This document shows, one piece after another, positions 20,414 to 28,434 of a stretch of 64,000 nucleotides of DNA. The position numbers were made by a program, and so were the translations under genes. Every line of letters starts with the position of its first letter. Positions within the stretch are counted from its first letter, which is position 1. The stretch spans positions 1,229-65,228 of the forward strand of contig CALCHX010000153.1 of assembly GCA_937906875.1 (NCBI GenBank), read 5' to 3'. The notes under the pieces were generated by a model. It made no database searches. It saw only the letters and a list, made by a program, of their open reading frames with translations, and was not told where the DNA came from. This stretch comes from an uncultured Gemmatimonadota bacterium. Lineage in GTDB: Bacteria > Gemmatimonadota > Gemmatimonadetes > Gemmatimonadales > Gemmatimonadaceae.

Positions 20414-23065
20414 TCAGTCGTCGCGCAACGTGATCGCCGGATCCACGCGTATCGCCTGCAGAGCGGGCACCGATGTCGCCGCCACAGCCACCAGCATCAT
20501 GGTGAGAGCCGCCGAGGCGAACACTGTGATGTCGGCAGGGCTCACCGCGAAGAGCATGGCGGAGACGACGCGGCCCAGCATCACCGAGGCTACGATTCCC
20601 GCCAGCAGACCCCAGGCCAGCAGGGCCCCCGCCTGCGCGGCGATGACCCGTAGCACGTTGGCTGGACGGGCCCCGAGCGCGATGCGCACGCCGATCTCCC
20701 TGGTGCGCTGGGCGACGGAGTAAGCGATCACGCCATACAGACCGATCGCGGCGAGGAACTGTGCGACGCCGGCCAGCAGACCCAGCATCTGCGCCGCGGC
20801 CTGCTGCACGCGAAGCGGTACCTCGATGTAGGCCTCCAACGGCATCGTATTGAACACCGGCACCGTCGGATCGACTGCATTCACGGCGCGCCGGATGTCG
20901 GCGGCTGCCTGGTCGACCGGAAGCGTCGATCGCACGACGAACGTGTATCCGTACTCAGGGCGATAAACCTGCCGCATCGGAACGTAGAAATAGGGCGTCG
21001 GAGGATCTGTGAGCCTGTAATTCTTCACATTTTCCACGACACCGACGATCGTGAACCATCGGCCCCAGCCGTTCACCTTCATTCCGATCGACGCACGACC
21101 GCCGAGAAAGCGTGCGACGAATTCCCGGTTCACGATCATCACCGGCGCATGCGCGGAATCGTCGTCGATCCGGAATTCGCGGCCGGAGACAAACGGGATC
21201 TGCATTGTCTTGAAGAAGTCCGGCCCAACCGCGGCCCGGTACACCTTCATGCTCTCTCCAGCCTGCGGCGCGTAGCCTTCCACGCGCAGAGGTTCCCACG
21301 ATCCCTCGCTCACACTCATTGGCACGTAATCGGTGTAGCTCACGGCCGTCACACCTGGCTGCTGCCGGAGGTTATCGGATACGCGGCTCATGAACCCGTA
21401 CGCCCTGGCCGAATCGTACCCGGCAAGGGCCAGACTCACCGAGCCCATCGCCACCTGGTTGGCGGAGAACCCCGGAGAAACGGTGCTGGCCTGTCGGAAG
21501 CTCGCGTGGAAGAGTCCGGCACCAACCAGCGCTACGACGGCGAGGGCCATCTCACCCCCCACGAGAAGGCCACGTAGCCGGGCCACCTGGGCGCCAGCGC
21601 CGACCGCTCCCCGACTTCCCCCGTCGTTCAGAGCTTCGCCCACCCGTCCGCTCGTACCGTGCAGAGCAGGGGCGATGCCGGCCAGTATCGTTACCGCCAC
21701 CGCCAGTCCGCCGGTGAACATCAGGACCCCGGCGTCAAACCGGGGTGCGGTGAACGTTGGTGAGGCGAACGTCGGGATCATCCAGGGGAGCGCCTCCGCC
21801 AGCCAGACACTGCACACCAGGCCCAGTGCCGACCCGGCCACTACCAGCAACGACGTTTCGGTGAGCAGTTGCCGCACCAGCCGCCGGCGCGGAGCCCCCA
21901 GCGCCAGCCGCAGTCCAAACTCCCGCCGGCGGCCCATGGCGCGGGCCAGCAGCAGATTCGCCATGTTCGCGCAGACAATCAGCAGTACCAGCCCGCAAGC
22001 GCCGAGGAGCACCAGAAGGGGTGCTCGCAGGCTGTCCTGCGCTCCGAGATGCGAACGCCAGAGCGGGAGCAACACTCCGCCGACTCCCTCACTCTCGACA
22101 GGGTTGGCCCTGGCCATCAAGGCGCCGAATCTCTGTACTTCCTGGCGGGCCACGGCGGGGTCCACACCGGGTGCGATGCGTGCCAGCACGCGGAACATGC
22201 GTGTAGCACGATCCTGCAGCATCCAGCCGCCGGTCGGCACGATCTGGCCGAGTGTCGTCGCGGGGATCCAGAGCTGGAGGTCCAGACCTGGCATCGAGCC
22301 GTGAAAACCCCGTGGCGCGACGCCGATGATGGTGAACGGATACCGGTTTATTTCCATGCTCGTGCCGATCGCCGACTGTTCACCCCGAAACCGGCTCTTC
22401 CACAAGTCGTAGCTGATCACCACCACCGGTGTCGGTACGCTGTCCAGCCGGGCGGGAAAGAATCGGCCGAGCGCGGGACGCACTTCCAGGACGTCAAAGA
22501 AGTTGGCGGAGACGAGTTCCCCCCAGCGGAGCGTGCTCTGTTTCGCGTCGCCCACTGCCAGCGAAGTGGGATACGTGGCGGTCAGCCCGCTGAACGATGT
22601 GAGGTATTTTCCGTAGTCCCGGAAATCGAGCCATGAAGTGCCGATCGGCCGTCCCGATTCCGTCGTCGATTCGAGCGCCTCCACGCGCTCCGGGTGGCCG
22701 GCCCCCGGCAACGGGTCCAGCAGGATGGTGCGGGTCCAGCTGAATACCGTGGTCGTGGACGCGATACCCACGGCCAGCGTGAGCACGATGATCGTGGTGA
22801 ATGCCGGCGATCGCCGGAGCTGCCGGAGGGCGAAGCGCAGGTCCATGAGGAACGACTCGATCATGGGCCACTGCCATGGGTCACGCGCTTCCTCCGTGAG
22901 GCGCGTGACGTTGCCGAACGCGCGGCGTGCGGCTGCCGAGGCGTCGTCGTGCGACATACCCTGCGCTACCAGATCGTCGATCCTTTCCTCGAGGTGGGCC
23001 TGCATCTCGCTCGACAGGTCGTCGTAGATCCGACGGCGGCGGAGCAACCGATCGATCAGGGTCAC
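20414..23065 (-). CDS. Duplicated MacB/FtsX-type ABC permease without a partner ATPase (ADOP-like)
   Basis: The track ORF 20414..23452 is over-extended. The conserved N-terminus VTLIDRLLRRRRIYDDLSSEMQAHLEERIDDL starts at GTG 23065, which overlaps the padR stop (GTGA). The protein has two periplasmic-domain + 4-TM FtsX modules. No ABC ATPase gene is adjacent. Confidence 0.8.
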   Translation of the reverse strand: MTLIDRLLRRRRIYDDLSSEMQAHLEERIDDLVAQGMSHDDASAAARRAFGNVTRLTEEARDPWQWPMIESFLMDLRFALRQLRRSPAFTTIIVLTLAVGIASTTTVFSWTRTILLDPLPGAGHPERVEALESTTESGRPIGTSWLDFRDYGKYLTSFSGLTATYPTSLAVGDAKQSTLRWGELVSANFFDVLEVRPALGRFFPARLDSVPTPVVVISYDLWKSRFRGEQSAIGTSMEINRYPFTIIGVAPRGFHGSMPGLDLQLWIPATTLGQIVPTGGWMLQDRATRMFRVLARIAPGVDPAVARQEVQRFGALMARANPVESEGVGGVLLPLWRSHLGAQDSLRAPLLVLLGACGLVLLIVCANMANLLLARAMGRRREFGLRLALGAPRRRLVRQLLTETSLLVVAGSALGLVCSVWLAEALPWMIPTFASPTFTAPRFDAGVLMFTGGLAVAVTILAGIAPALHGTSGRVGEALNDGGSRGAVGAGAQVARLRGLLVGGEMALAVVALVGAGLFHASFRQASTVSPGFSANQVAMGSVSLALAGYDSARAYGFMSRVSDNLRQQPGVTAVSYTDYVPMSVSEGSWEPLRVEGYAPQAGESMKVYRAAVGPDFFKTMQIPFVSGREFRIDDDSAHAPVMIVNREFVARFLGGRASIGMKVNGWGRWFTIVGVVENVKNYRLTDPPTPYFYVPMRQVYRPEYGYTFVVRSTLPVDQAAADIRRAVNAVDPTVPVFNTMPLEAYIEVPLRVQQAAAQMLGLLAGVAQFLAAIGLYGVIAYSVAQRTREIGVRIALGARPANVLRVIAAQAGALLAWGLLAGIVASVMLGRVVSAMLFAVSPADITVFASAALTMMLVAVAATSVPALQAIRVDPAITLRDD

Positions 23066-23403
23066 GCGTCCCCCATCTCGAGTACGAGGTTGATGCCCTG
23101 GAACATGCGGGCGAAGCTCGACAGTTGCCGCGTCAGGTGTCTTGCGCCGGCCGGGGTGAGACGGTAGATGCGCACGCGGCGATTGGTGGCCGACACGCCC
23201 CACTCGGCGTCCACCAGTCCTTCCTTGAGGAGTCTCTGCAGCGCGGGATAGAGCGACCCCTCCTCCACCTGGAGCAGGTTGTTGGATGCCTGTTGTATGC
23301 GCTGCACGAGTGCGTAACCGTGCATCTGTTCCTGCTTGAGCAGGCGCAGGATCATCATCTCGAGCGCGCCGGGAAAGAGGTCGCGTGATTTCGAATCGGG
23401 CAT
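23062..23403 (-). CDS. PadR-family transcriptional regulator
   Basis: 113 aa with a winged HTH (LEMMILRLLKQEQMHGYALVQRI...GSLYPALQRLLKEGL). Confidence 0.88.
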   Translation of the reverse strand: MPDSKSRDLFPGALEMMILRLLKQEQMHGYALVQRIQQASNNLLQVEEGSLYPALQRLLKEGLVDAEWGVSATNRRVRIYRLTPAGARHLTRQLSSFARMFQGINLVLEMGDA

Positions 23404-23462
23404 GCTGGTCCGGGCGGTGGTCCTGGCGGAAGGGAGACACCATGTTGGTCAATGCCTAGACC

Positions 23463-23492
23463 AAACTAGTGTAGGTTCGACGACGATGTCAA
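23463..23492 (-). promoter_or_regulatory. Candidate promoter of the padR-permease pair
   Basis: On the minus strand: TTGACA-N18-TAGTTT, about 55 nt upstream of the padR ATG. Confidence 0.35.
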
Positions 23493-23734
23493 GAACTGCA
23501 GGCTCTATGGGTGGCCCTGGCGACAACTGTCGCTGGATCGCCTGGCGCGATGGTTACCGGCGGCCGATATCCCGTGCCACGTGGTGGGACGGTACTGCCG
23601 CCGCCAGGCATCCATGGGACCGGATGCACTGTCGCATGCCTGCTGCTACGGACATTCGTTGCCACCTGGTGTGGTGGTTGTCCGACAGGTCAGCCGATTC
23701 GCTGCTGCCCAACCCAGGATACGGACGAGAAGAA

Positions 23735-23766
23735 GGGGGAGGATCCGACGTTCCGGATCCTCCCCC
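23735..23766 (-). terminator. Rho-independent terminator of the catalase gene
   Basis: Perfect 13-bp stem gggggaggatccg / cggatcctccccc with a 6-nt loop, 25 nt after the catalase stop. TTCTTCTC follows on the minus strand. Confidence 0.6.
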
Positions 23767-23790
23767 GTTCTCGCTCCCGGATAGGCTGGT

Positions 23791-25296
23791 TCAGCCCTCG
23801 CCCATCCCCTCGGCTGGCCGCGGTGCGCTACCCGCGCGCACCTTGTCCTCGATCCGCTGGCCGGTGGTCGCGTCCACGTTCTTCCAGTAGGCGATCGCCT
23901 TGCTCAGCACGGGCTCACGGACCCCACCCAGCAGGCTTCCAGCGACCTGGTCGACGAAGCGATCGCGCTCCTCGTCGCTGAAGACGTCGCGAACCAACGT
24001 GCCGGGCTGACTGAAGTCATCGTCGTCGGCGCGCAGCGTGTACGCATCGCGCACCATGTCGCCATCCGATTCCCAGCCGTCGGCTACCGGACCAGTCTCG
24101 TCGGCCCAGCTTCGACCACCATCGTTCGGGGCATGCACCGGCGCGTTACCACTGTGGTGATAGGCCATCTGGCCGTCGAACATGTACGTGTTGACGGGCA
24201 CCCTGGGCTGGTTCACCGGTAGCTGGTGGAAATTGGTGCCGATCCGGTTACGCTGCGCATCGTTGTAGGCGAAGGCGCGGCCCAGCAACATCTTGTCGGG
24301 TGACAGACCGATCCCCGGCACTGTGTTGCCAGGCGAGAAGGCGGCCTGCTCGATCTGGGCGAAGAAGTTCTCGGGATTCCGGTTGAGCGTCATCGTCCCC
24401 ACACGGATGAGCGGATAGTCCGCGTGCGGCCACGTCTTTGTGAGGTCGAATGGATTGAAACGGTAGTCCCGAGCCTCGGCGTAGGGCATGATCTGTACGG
24501 ACAGCGTCCAGCTCGGATACTCGCCACGAGCGATGGCCTCGAACAGGTCGCGGCGATGGATGTCGGCGTCCTTTCCGGCCATCTCCGCGGCTTCGGCGTT
24601 GGTGTAGAACTCCATTCCCTGGTTGGTATGGAAATGGTATTTCACCCAGAACTTCTCGCCGGACGCATTGATCCACATGTACGTGTGCGAGCCGTACCCG
24701 TTCATGTGGCGCCAGGTACGCGGCAAGCCTCGATCACCCATGAGGTAGGTGACCTGATGGGCGCTCTCCGGAGTGTTCGCCCAGAAGTCCCACTGCATGT
24801 GATTGTCACGGAGCCCTGAGTCGGGCAGTCGCTTCTGGCTCCGGATGAAGTGCGGAAACTTCATCGGGTCGCGGACGAAGAAGATCGGCGTGTTGTTGCC
24901 GACCAGGTCGTAGTTCCCCTCGTCGGTGTAGAACTTGAGCGAGAAGCCCCGCACGTCGCGCCAGGTATCGGGGCTGCCCGATTCGCCGGCCACGGTGGAG
25001 AACCGCGCGAGCATCTCGGTGGAGCGGCCCTTCTGGAAGAGAGATGCCCGGGTGTATGCGGAGACATCCTCCGTCGTCTCGAAGACGCCGAATGCGCCGG
25101 CGCCCTTGGCGTGGGGCTGGCGCTCGGGAACCTTCTCCCGGTTGAAATGCGCCATCTGCTCCAGGAAGTGGACATCGTGGAGCAGGATCGGGCCGTCGGC
25201 GCCAACCGAGAGCGAGTTGATGTCGCTCGGAGCGGGAGCTCCGGCTCCCGTCGTGGACCCCGTTCCGTGCTTCTTCTCTGACTCACCCATCTTCAA
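23791..25296 (-). CDS. katA: Monofunctional haem catalase (small-subunit type)
   Basis: Distal His motif [14 protein letters not shown] and proximal Tyr motif [12 protein letters not shown]; 501 aa. SD GAGGAGAG lies upstream of the ATG. Confidence 0.95.
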   Translation of the reverse strand: MKMGESEKKHGTGSTTGAGAPAPSDINSLSVGADGPILLHDVHFLEQMAHFNREKVPERQPHAKGAGAFGVFETTEDVSAYTRASLFQKGRSTEMLARFSTVAGESGSPDTWRDVRGFSLKFYTDEGNYDLVGNNTPIFFVRDPMKFPHFIRSQKRLPDSGLRDNHMQWDFWANTPESAHQVTYLMGDRGLPRTWRHMNGYGSHTYMWINASGEKFWVKYHFHTNQGMEFYTNAEAAEMAGKDADIHRRDLFEAIARGEYPSWTLSVQIMPYAEARDYRFNPFDLTKTWPHADYPLIRVGTMTLNRNPENFFAQIEQAAFSPGNTVPGIGLSPDKMLLGRAFAYNDAQRNRIGTNFHQLPVNQPRVPVNTYMFDGQMAYHHSGNAPVHAPNDGGRSWADETGPVADGWESDGDMVRDAYTLRADDDDFSQPGTLVRDVFSDEERDRFVDQVAGSLLGGVREPVLSKAIAYWKNVDATTGQRIEDKVRAGSAPRPAEGMGEG

Positions 25297-25330
25297 CTCT
25301 CCTCGCAGGTTACTGATTCAACTATTCTGA

Positions 25331-25353
25331 TGCCGGACAGGCGTCATCCGGCA
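25331..25353 (-). terminator. Hairpin downstream of the EIIA(Ntr)-like gene
   Basis: Arms tgccgga and tccggca with a 9-nt loop, followed on the minus strand by an AT-rich stretch. Confidence 0.4.
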
Positions 25354-25388
25354 CCGAGGTAGCGCGCGCCCACGACGGCGAGCGTCGG

Positions 25389-25841
25389 TCAGACTCCCTT
25401 TTCCTCCAGCAACTGCATGAACTGACGCGGCTCCGTGAGCCCCACCAGACGTTGCGGTACGTCGGGCTCCTTGCTGAACTGCGCGATCTTGCCGAGCACC
25501 GGGAGGTACTGGTTGGAGACCTCGAGCGGCGGCGCGACGATGAGGAAGAAGAAGTGCACTGGCTTCTCGTCGATTGCCTTGAAGTCGACGCCTTCGGTCT
25601 TCCGACCGAAGGCCACTCGCAGCTTGTTGACGACGAGCGAGCGGCAGTGTGGAATCGCGATGCCGCGTCCGATTCCGGTGGAGCCGAGGTTCTCCCGGCG
25701 CTTGAGCATCTTGAACAGCATTCCCTCGGACTTCTCGTCCAGCCGGAGCAGGGCGATGAGCTCCTTGAGCACCTCGTCCTTGGTGGTTCCCTCTAGCTCC
25801 AGCTTTACGGCGTCTTCGGAGAAGAACTCGCGCAGTTCCAT
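25389..25841 (-). CDS. ptsN: PTS EIIA(Ntr)-like nitrogen-regulatory protein
   Basis: 150-aa EIIA type-2 fold with the phosphorylatable His in GIGRGIAIPHCR. SD GAGGA lies 5 nt upstream. Confidence 0.8.
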   Translation of the reverse strand: MELREFFSEDAVKLELEGTTKDEVLKELIALLRLDEKSEGMLFKMLKRRENLGSTGIGRGIAIPHCRSLVVNKLRVAFGRKTEGVDFKAIDEKPVHFFFLIVAPPLEVSNQYLPVLGKIAQFSKEPDVPQRLVGLTEPRQFMQLLEEKGV

Positions 25842-25933
25842 CTAGTCCTCTAATTGTCGTGTGGCTGGACAGCCGCCGGCCGGGCGGAACCCCCGAAGCT
25901 ACGCGGGCCGGCAAGTGGTGTCAAATCGTTGCG

Positions 25934-25962
25934 TTGCACGCCATTCGCGGCGGCATTAGCTT
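25934..25962 (+). promoter_or_regulatory. Candidate sigma70-type promoter of dusB with leaderless geometry
   Basis: TTGCAC-N17-TAGCTT ending 6 nt before ATG 25969. Confidence 0.5.
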
Positions 25963-25968
25963 CAATAT

Positions 25969-27000
25969 ATGCGGTTTCCCTACCCGATCGGACCCCACGC
26001 GGTACCCCTTTTCCTGGCTCCCATGGCTGGAGTCTCCGAGTCGCCATTCCGGCGGCTCTGCCGGGAGCACGGTGCCGACGTCGTCGTGACCGAGTTCCTC
26101 TCCGCCGAGGGTATCAGGCGCGAGAATGAGGCCACGATTGCGAAACTCCGCTTCAGCGAGAGCGAGCATCCTATCGGCGTCCAGATATTCGGCGCCGATC
26201 CGGCTGCCATGGGTGAGGCGGCGGCATTCGTCACCGATGTCTTCCAGCCGGATTTCGTGGACATCAACTTCGGCTGCCCGGTCAAGAAGGTGGTGCGTCG
26301 CAATGGTGGCTCGGGATGTCTGCGCGATCTCGACCTGGTGCAGAAGGTGATTCGCGCCGTTGCCAGCGCCACCAGCCTGCCGGTCACGGTCAAGGTGCGT
26401 AGCGGCTGGAACGAGGAGATGCGCGATCCCGTCGCCATCGGCCTCCGCTGCCAGGACGCTGGCGCTCGTGCGCTGGCGCTCCACGCCCGCACGCGCACCC
26501 AGATGTATTCCGGCAGCGCCCGCTGGGACGAGATCGCGGCAATGGCCGACGCGCTGGAGATCCCGGTAATCGGCAATGGCGACATCAAGACGCCGCATGA
26601 CGCGCTCCGCCTTCATGAGCAGACCGGTTGTGCCGGCGTCATGGTCGGCCGCGGTTCGTTCGGCCAGCCCTGGATGTTCAACCAGGCCAGGGCGCTGTTT
26701 TCCGGCCTCCCCATGCCGCCAGCGCCATCCGTCGAGACGAGGTTCGCGATCGCCATCCAGCATGCGCGCATGGCGCAGTCATACGAGGCCGACGTACGGG
26801 GTGCCGCGATCGAGTTCCGGAAGCATCTCGGCTGGTACGTCAAGGGACTTCCGAACTCCGCCGACCTGCGCCGGCAGTTGCATGCCGTCAACAGCTTCGA
26901 CGAGGTGGAGGATATCTTCGGCAGCTACCTGCAGAGCGGTATCCACCTCGGTGATCCTGGCCCGTCGCCGACGGAGACGCTGGAAGTGGCCGCCGCGTGA
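25969..27000 (+). CDS. dusB: tRNA-dihydrouridine synthase
   Basis: FMN TIM-barrel motifs LAPMAGVSESPFR and DINFGCPVKKV (catalytic Cys). Confidence 0.85.
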   Translation: MRFPYPIGPHAVPLFLAPMAGVSESPFRRLCREHGADVVVTEFLSAEGIRRENEATIAKLRFSESEHPIGVQIFGADPAAMGEAAAFVTDVFQPDFVDINFGCPVKKVVRRNGGSGCLRDLDLVQKVIRAVASATSLPVTVKVRSGWNEEMRDPVAIGLRCQDAGARALALHARTRTQMYSGSARWDEIAAMADALEIPVIGNGDIKTPHDALRLHEQTGCAGVMVGRGSFGQPWMFNQARALFSGLPMPPAPSVETRFAIAIQHARMAQSYEADVRGAAIEFRKHLGWYVKGLPNSADLRRQLHAVNSFDEVEDIFGSYLQSGIHLGDPGPSPTETLEVAAA

Positions 27001-27749
27001 GGCGCGAACGGGTCGCCTCGTTGCTCACCGAGGTGGCCTCAGGAGCAGTCTCCATAGAGGCAGCCCTCGACCAACTCAGCTCGGCTCCCTTCGAGCGGCT
27101 GGAGTTCGCGACGCTGGACCATCACCGGGCCCTTCGCCAGGGCTTTCCGGAGGTGGTACTGGCGGAGGGCAAGACCGCCGATCAGGTGGTGGCCATATCG
27201 ATGGCGCTCGCCGCCCGGGGCGACGGTCTACTGGTCACGAGGGCAGGCCCGGATGTCCGGTCGGGCCTGGCGGCCGTCCTGCCGGGGGCAGAGACGAGTG
27301 AACTCGGACGCACCGTGTACCTTGCCGCATCCACGCCGCCAGCGGCGCTGGGCCGGGTACTGGTGGTGACGGCAGGGACGAGTGACCTGCCAGTGGCCGA
27401 GGAGGCGGCAGTGACGGCCCGCGCGGCGGGGTGCGAGGTCGATCGCCTGACCGATGTCGGTGTGGCCGGTATCCACCGGCTCCTCGACCAGTCGGCCGCG
27501 CTCCGCGACGCCGACGTCATAATCGTCGCGGCGGGTATGGACGGCGCGCTTCCTTCTGTAGTGGGCGGCCTGGTGCGTCAGCCAGTGATCGCCGTCCCCA
27601 CCAGCGTTGGCTACGGCGCAAGTCTTGGCGGGGTGGCGGCGCTGCTGAGCATGCTCAACAGCTGTGCTTCGGGCGTCGTGGTCGTGAACATCGACAACGG
27701 CTTCGGGGCAGCGATGGCGGCAGCCAGGATACTACGTGACAGAGATTGA
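26997..27749 (+). CDS. larB: LarB-like PurE-fold protein (pyridinium-3,5-biscarboxylic acid mononucleotide synthase family)
   Basis: ~110-aa N-terminal domain plus a PurE-like core (VLVVTAGTSDLPVAEEA, IIVAAGMDGALPSVVGG). GTGA overlap with dusB. Confidence 0.78.
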   Translation: MRRERVASLLTEVASGAVSIEAALDQLSSAPFERLEFATLDHHRALRQGFPEVVLAEGKTADQVVAISMALAARGDGLLVTRAGPDVRSGLAAVLPGAETSELGRTVYLAASTPPAALGRVLVVTAGTSDLPVAEEAAVTARAAGCEVDRLTDVGVAGIHRLLDQSAALRDADVIIVAAGMDGALPSVVGGLVRQPVIAVPTSVGYGASLGGVAALLSMLNSCASGVVVVNIDNGFGAAMAAARILRDRD

Positions 27750-27835
27750 CAAGAGACATCAACGGGCAGCATCCAAGTGATGGTCTGGCATGCTGTTATA
27801 ACACACGACATGCAGCACTGAATAGACACTCCCGA

Positions 27836-27864
27836 TTGACTCTGTCGACGTTTCTTTGTAGATT
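27836..27864 (+). promoter_or_regulatory. Candidate promoter of ssrA
   Basis: TTGACT-N17-TAGATT, 13 nt upstream of the mature tmRNA 5' end. The 5' leader would be removed by RNase P, as for tRNAs. Confidence 0.5.
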
Positions 27865-27877
27865 GGGGGGTACTTCA

Positions 27878-28240
27878 GGGGGCGACCGGTTTCGACGGGG
27901 TTGGTGAATCCGTAGCTGCGTGCCCAGGTCCTCGGGTTCCTGGTAAAACACTCGGGAAAATTCCAACTGCCAACAACAACTTGGCCCTTGCCGCGTAACT
28001 CGTAGTACTGAGTTCTGCCGGCGGTGCCCAAAGGGAAGCTCGCCCGAGGCGGCTCTCTGGGTAACGCAAATTCGGGATAGCCTGTAGGCGCGTCTTCCGT
28101 CGCCGGGTGAAACAATAGAAGACTTGTCCAGCCGTGGGCTGCTCACTGGCCAGCGTCTGGAGACCTCAATCAGAGAGATACGCACGTAGACGCTGTGGTT
28201 GATCTAGTCTCGGACCGGGGTTCGAATCCCCGCGCCTCCA
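27878..28240 (+). ncRNA. ssrA: tmRNA (transfer-messenger RNA)
   Basis: The 5' end is GGGGGCGACCGGTTTCGACGGGG. The 3' end is GGACCGGGGTTCGAATCCCCGCGCCTCCA. The acceptor stem GGGGGCG/CGCCTCC carries the G3:U70 alanine identity pair. The tag frame GCC AAC AAC AAC TTG GCC CTT GCC GCG TAA (27969..27998) encodes ANNNLALAA. Confidence 0.93.
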
Positions 28241-28250
28241 CTACCTGAGC

Positions 28251-28290
28251 ACGAAGGGCCGGACCGCCATGAGCGGTGCCGGCCCTTCGT
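28251..28290. terminator. Strong hairpin after ssrA (terminator, possibly bidirectional with ppdK)
   Basis: Perfect 12-bp arms acgaagggccgg / ccggcccttcgt, with further pairing in the loop. Confidence 0.6.
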
Positions 28291-28434
28291 GTCTTCTGCG
28301 ACGACTTCAATCCCGTTCTGTCCAGCGCCTCTCCACTCAACGGGTAGCAGCTGACAGGACGGATGATCGGACCCACGACGGAGCCTTCGTGAAGCAGTGC
28401 CCGACGTCGCGCTCCGCAGGTTCGACAGGATCGC

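Noticed and set aside
23066-23452. A 129-aa N-terminal extension of the permease ORF (track ORF 20414..23452).
   Set aside because: The extension overlaps the whole padR gene in another frame and is Arg/Pro/Gly-rich. The conserved permease N-terminus begins at GTG 23065, which overlaps the padR stop.
23493-23734. An unassigned ~240-nt stretch between the padR promoter and the catalase terminator (possible sRNA or small ORF).
   Set aside because: No ORF with an SD and no convincing promoter/terminator pair. The only hairpins are short and mutually exclusive (caggcat...atgcctg). There is not enough evidence to call a feature.
25297-25345. An AT-rich patch upstream of the catalase ATG as a possible PerR/Fur/OxyR operator.
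   Set aside because: I could not find a palindrome or repeat resembling a PerR/Fur box (TTATAAT-N-ATTATAA) or an OxyR tetranucleotide array. The patch is largely explained by the SD, a weak -10/-35 candidate and the preceding ptsN terminator.
28241-28434. Genomic island or prophage integrated at the tmRNA 3' end.
   Set aside because: Only about 190 nt separate ssrA from ppdK. There is no integrase and no duplicated 3'-ssrA att repeat, and the flanking genes are housekeeping.
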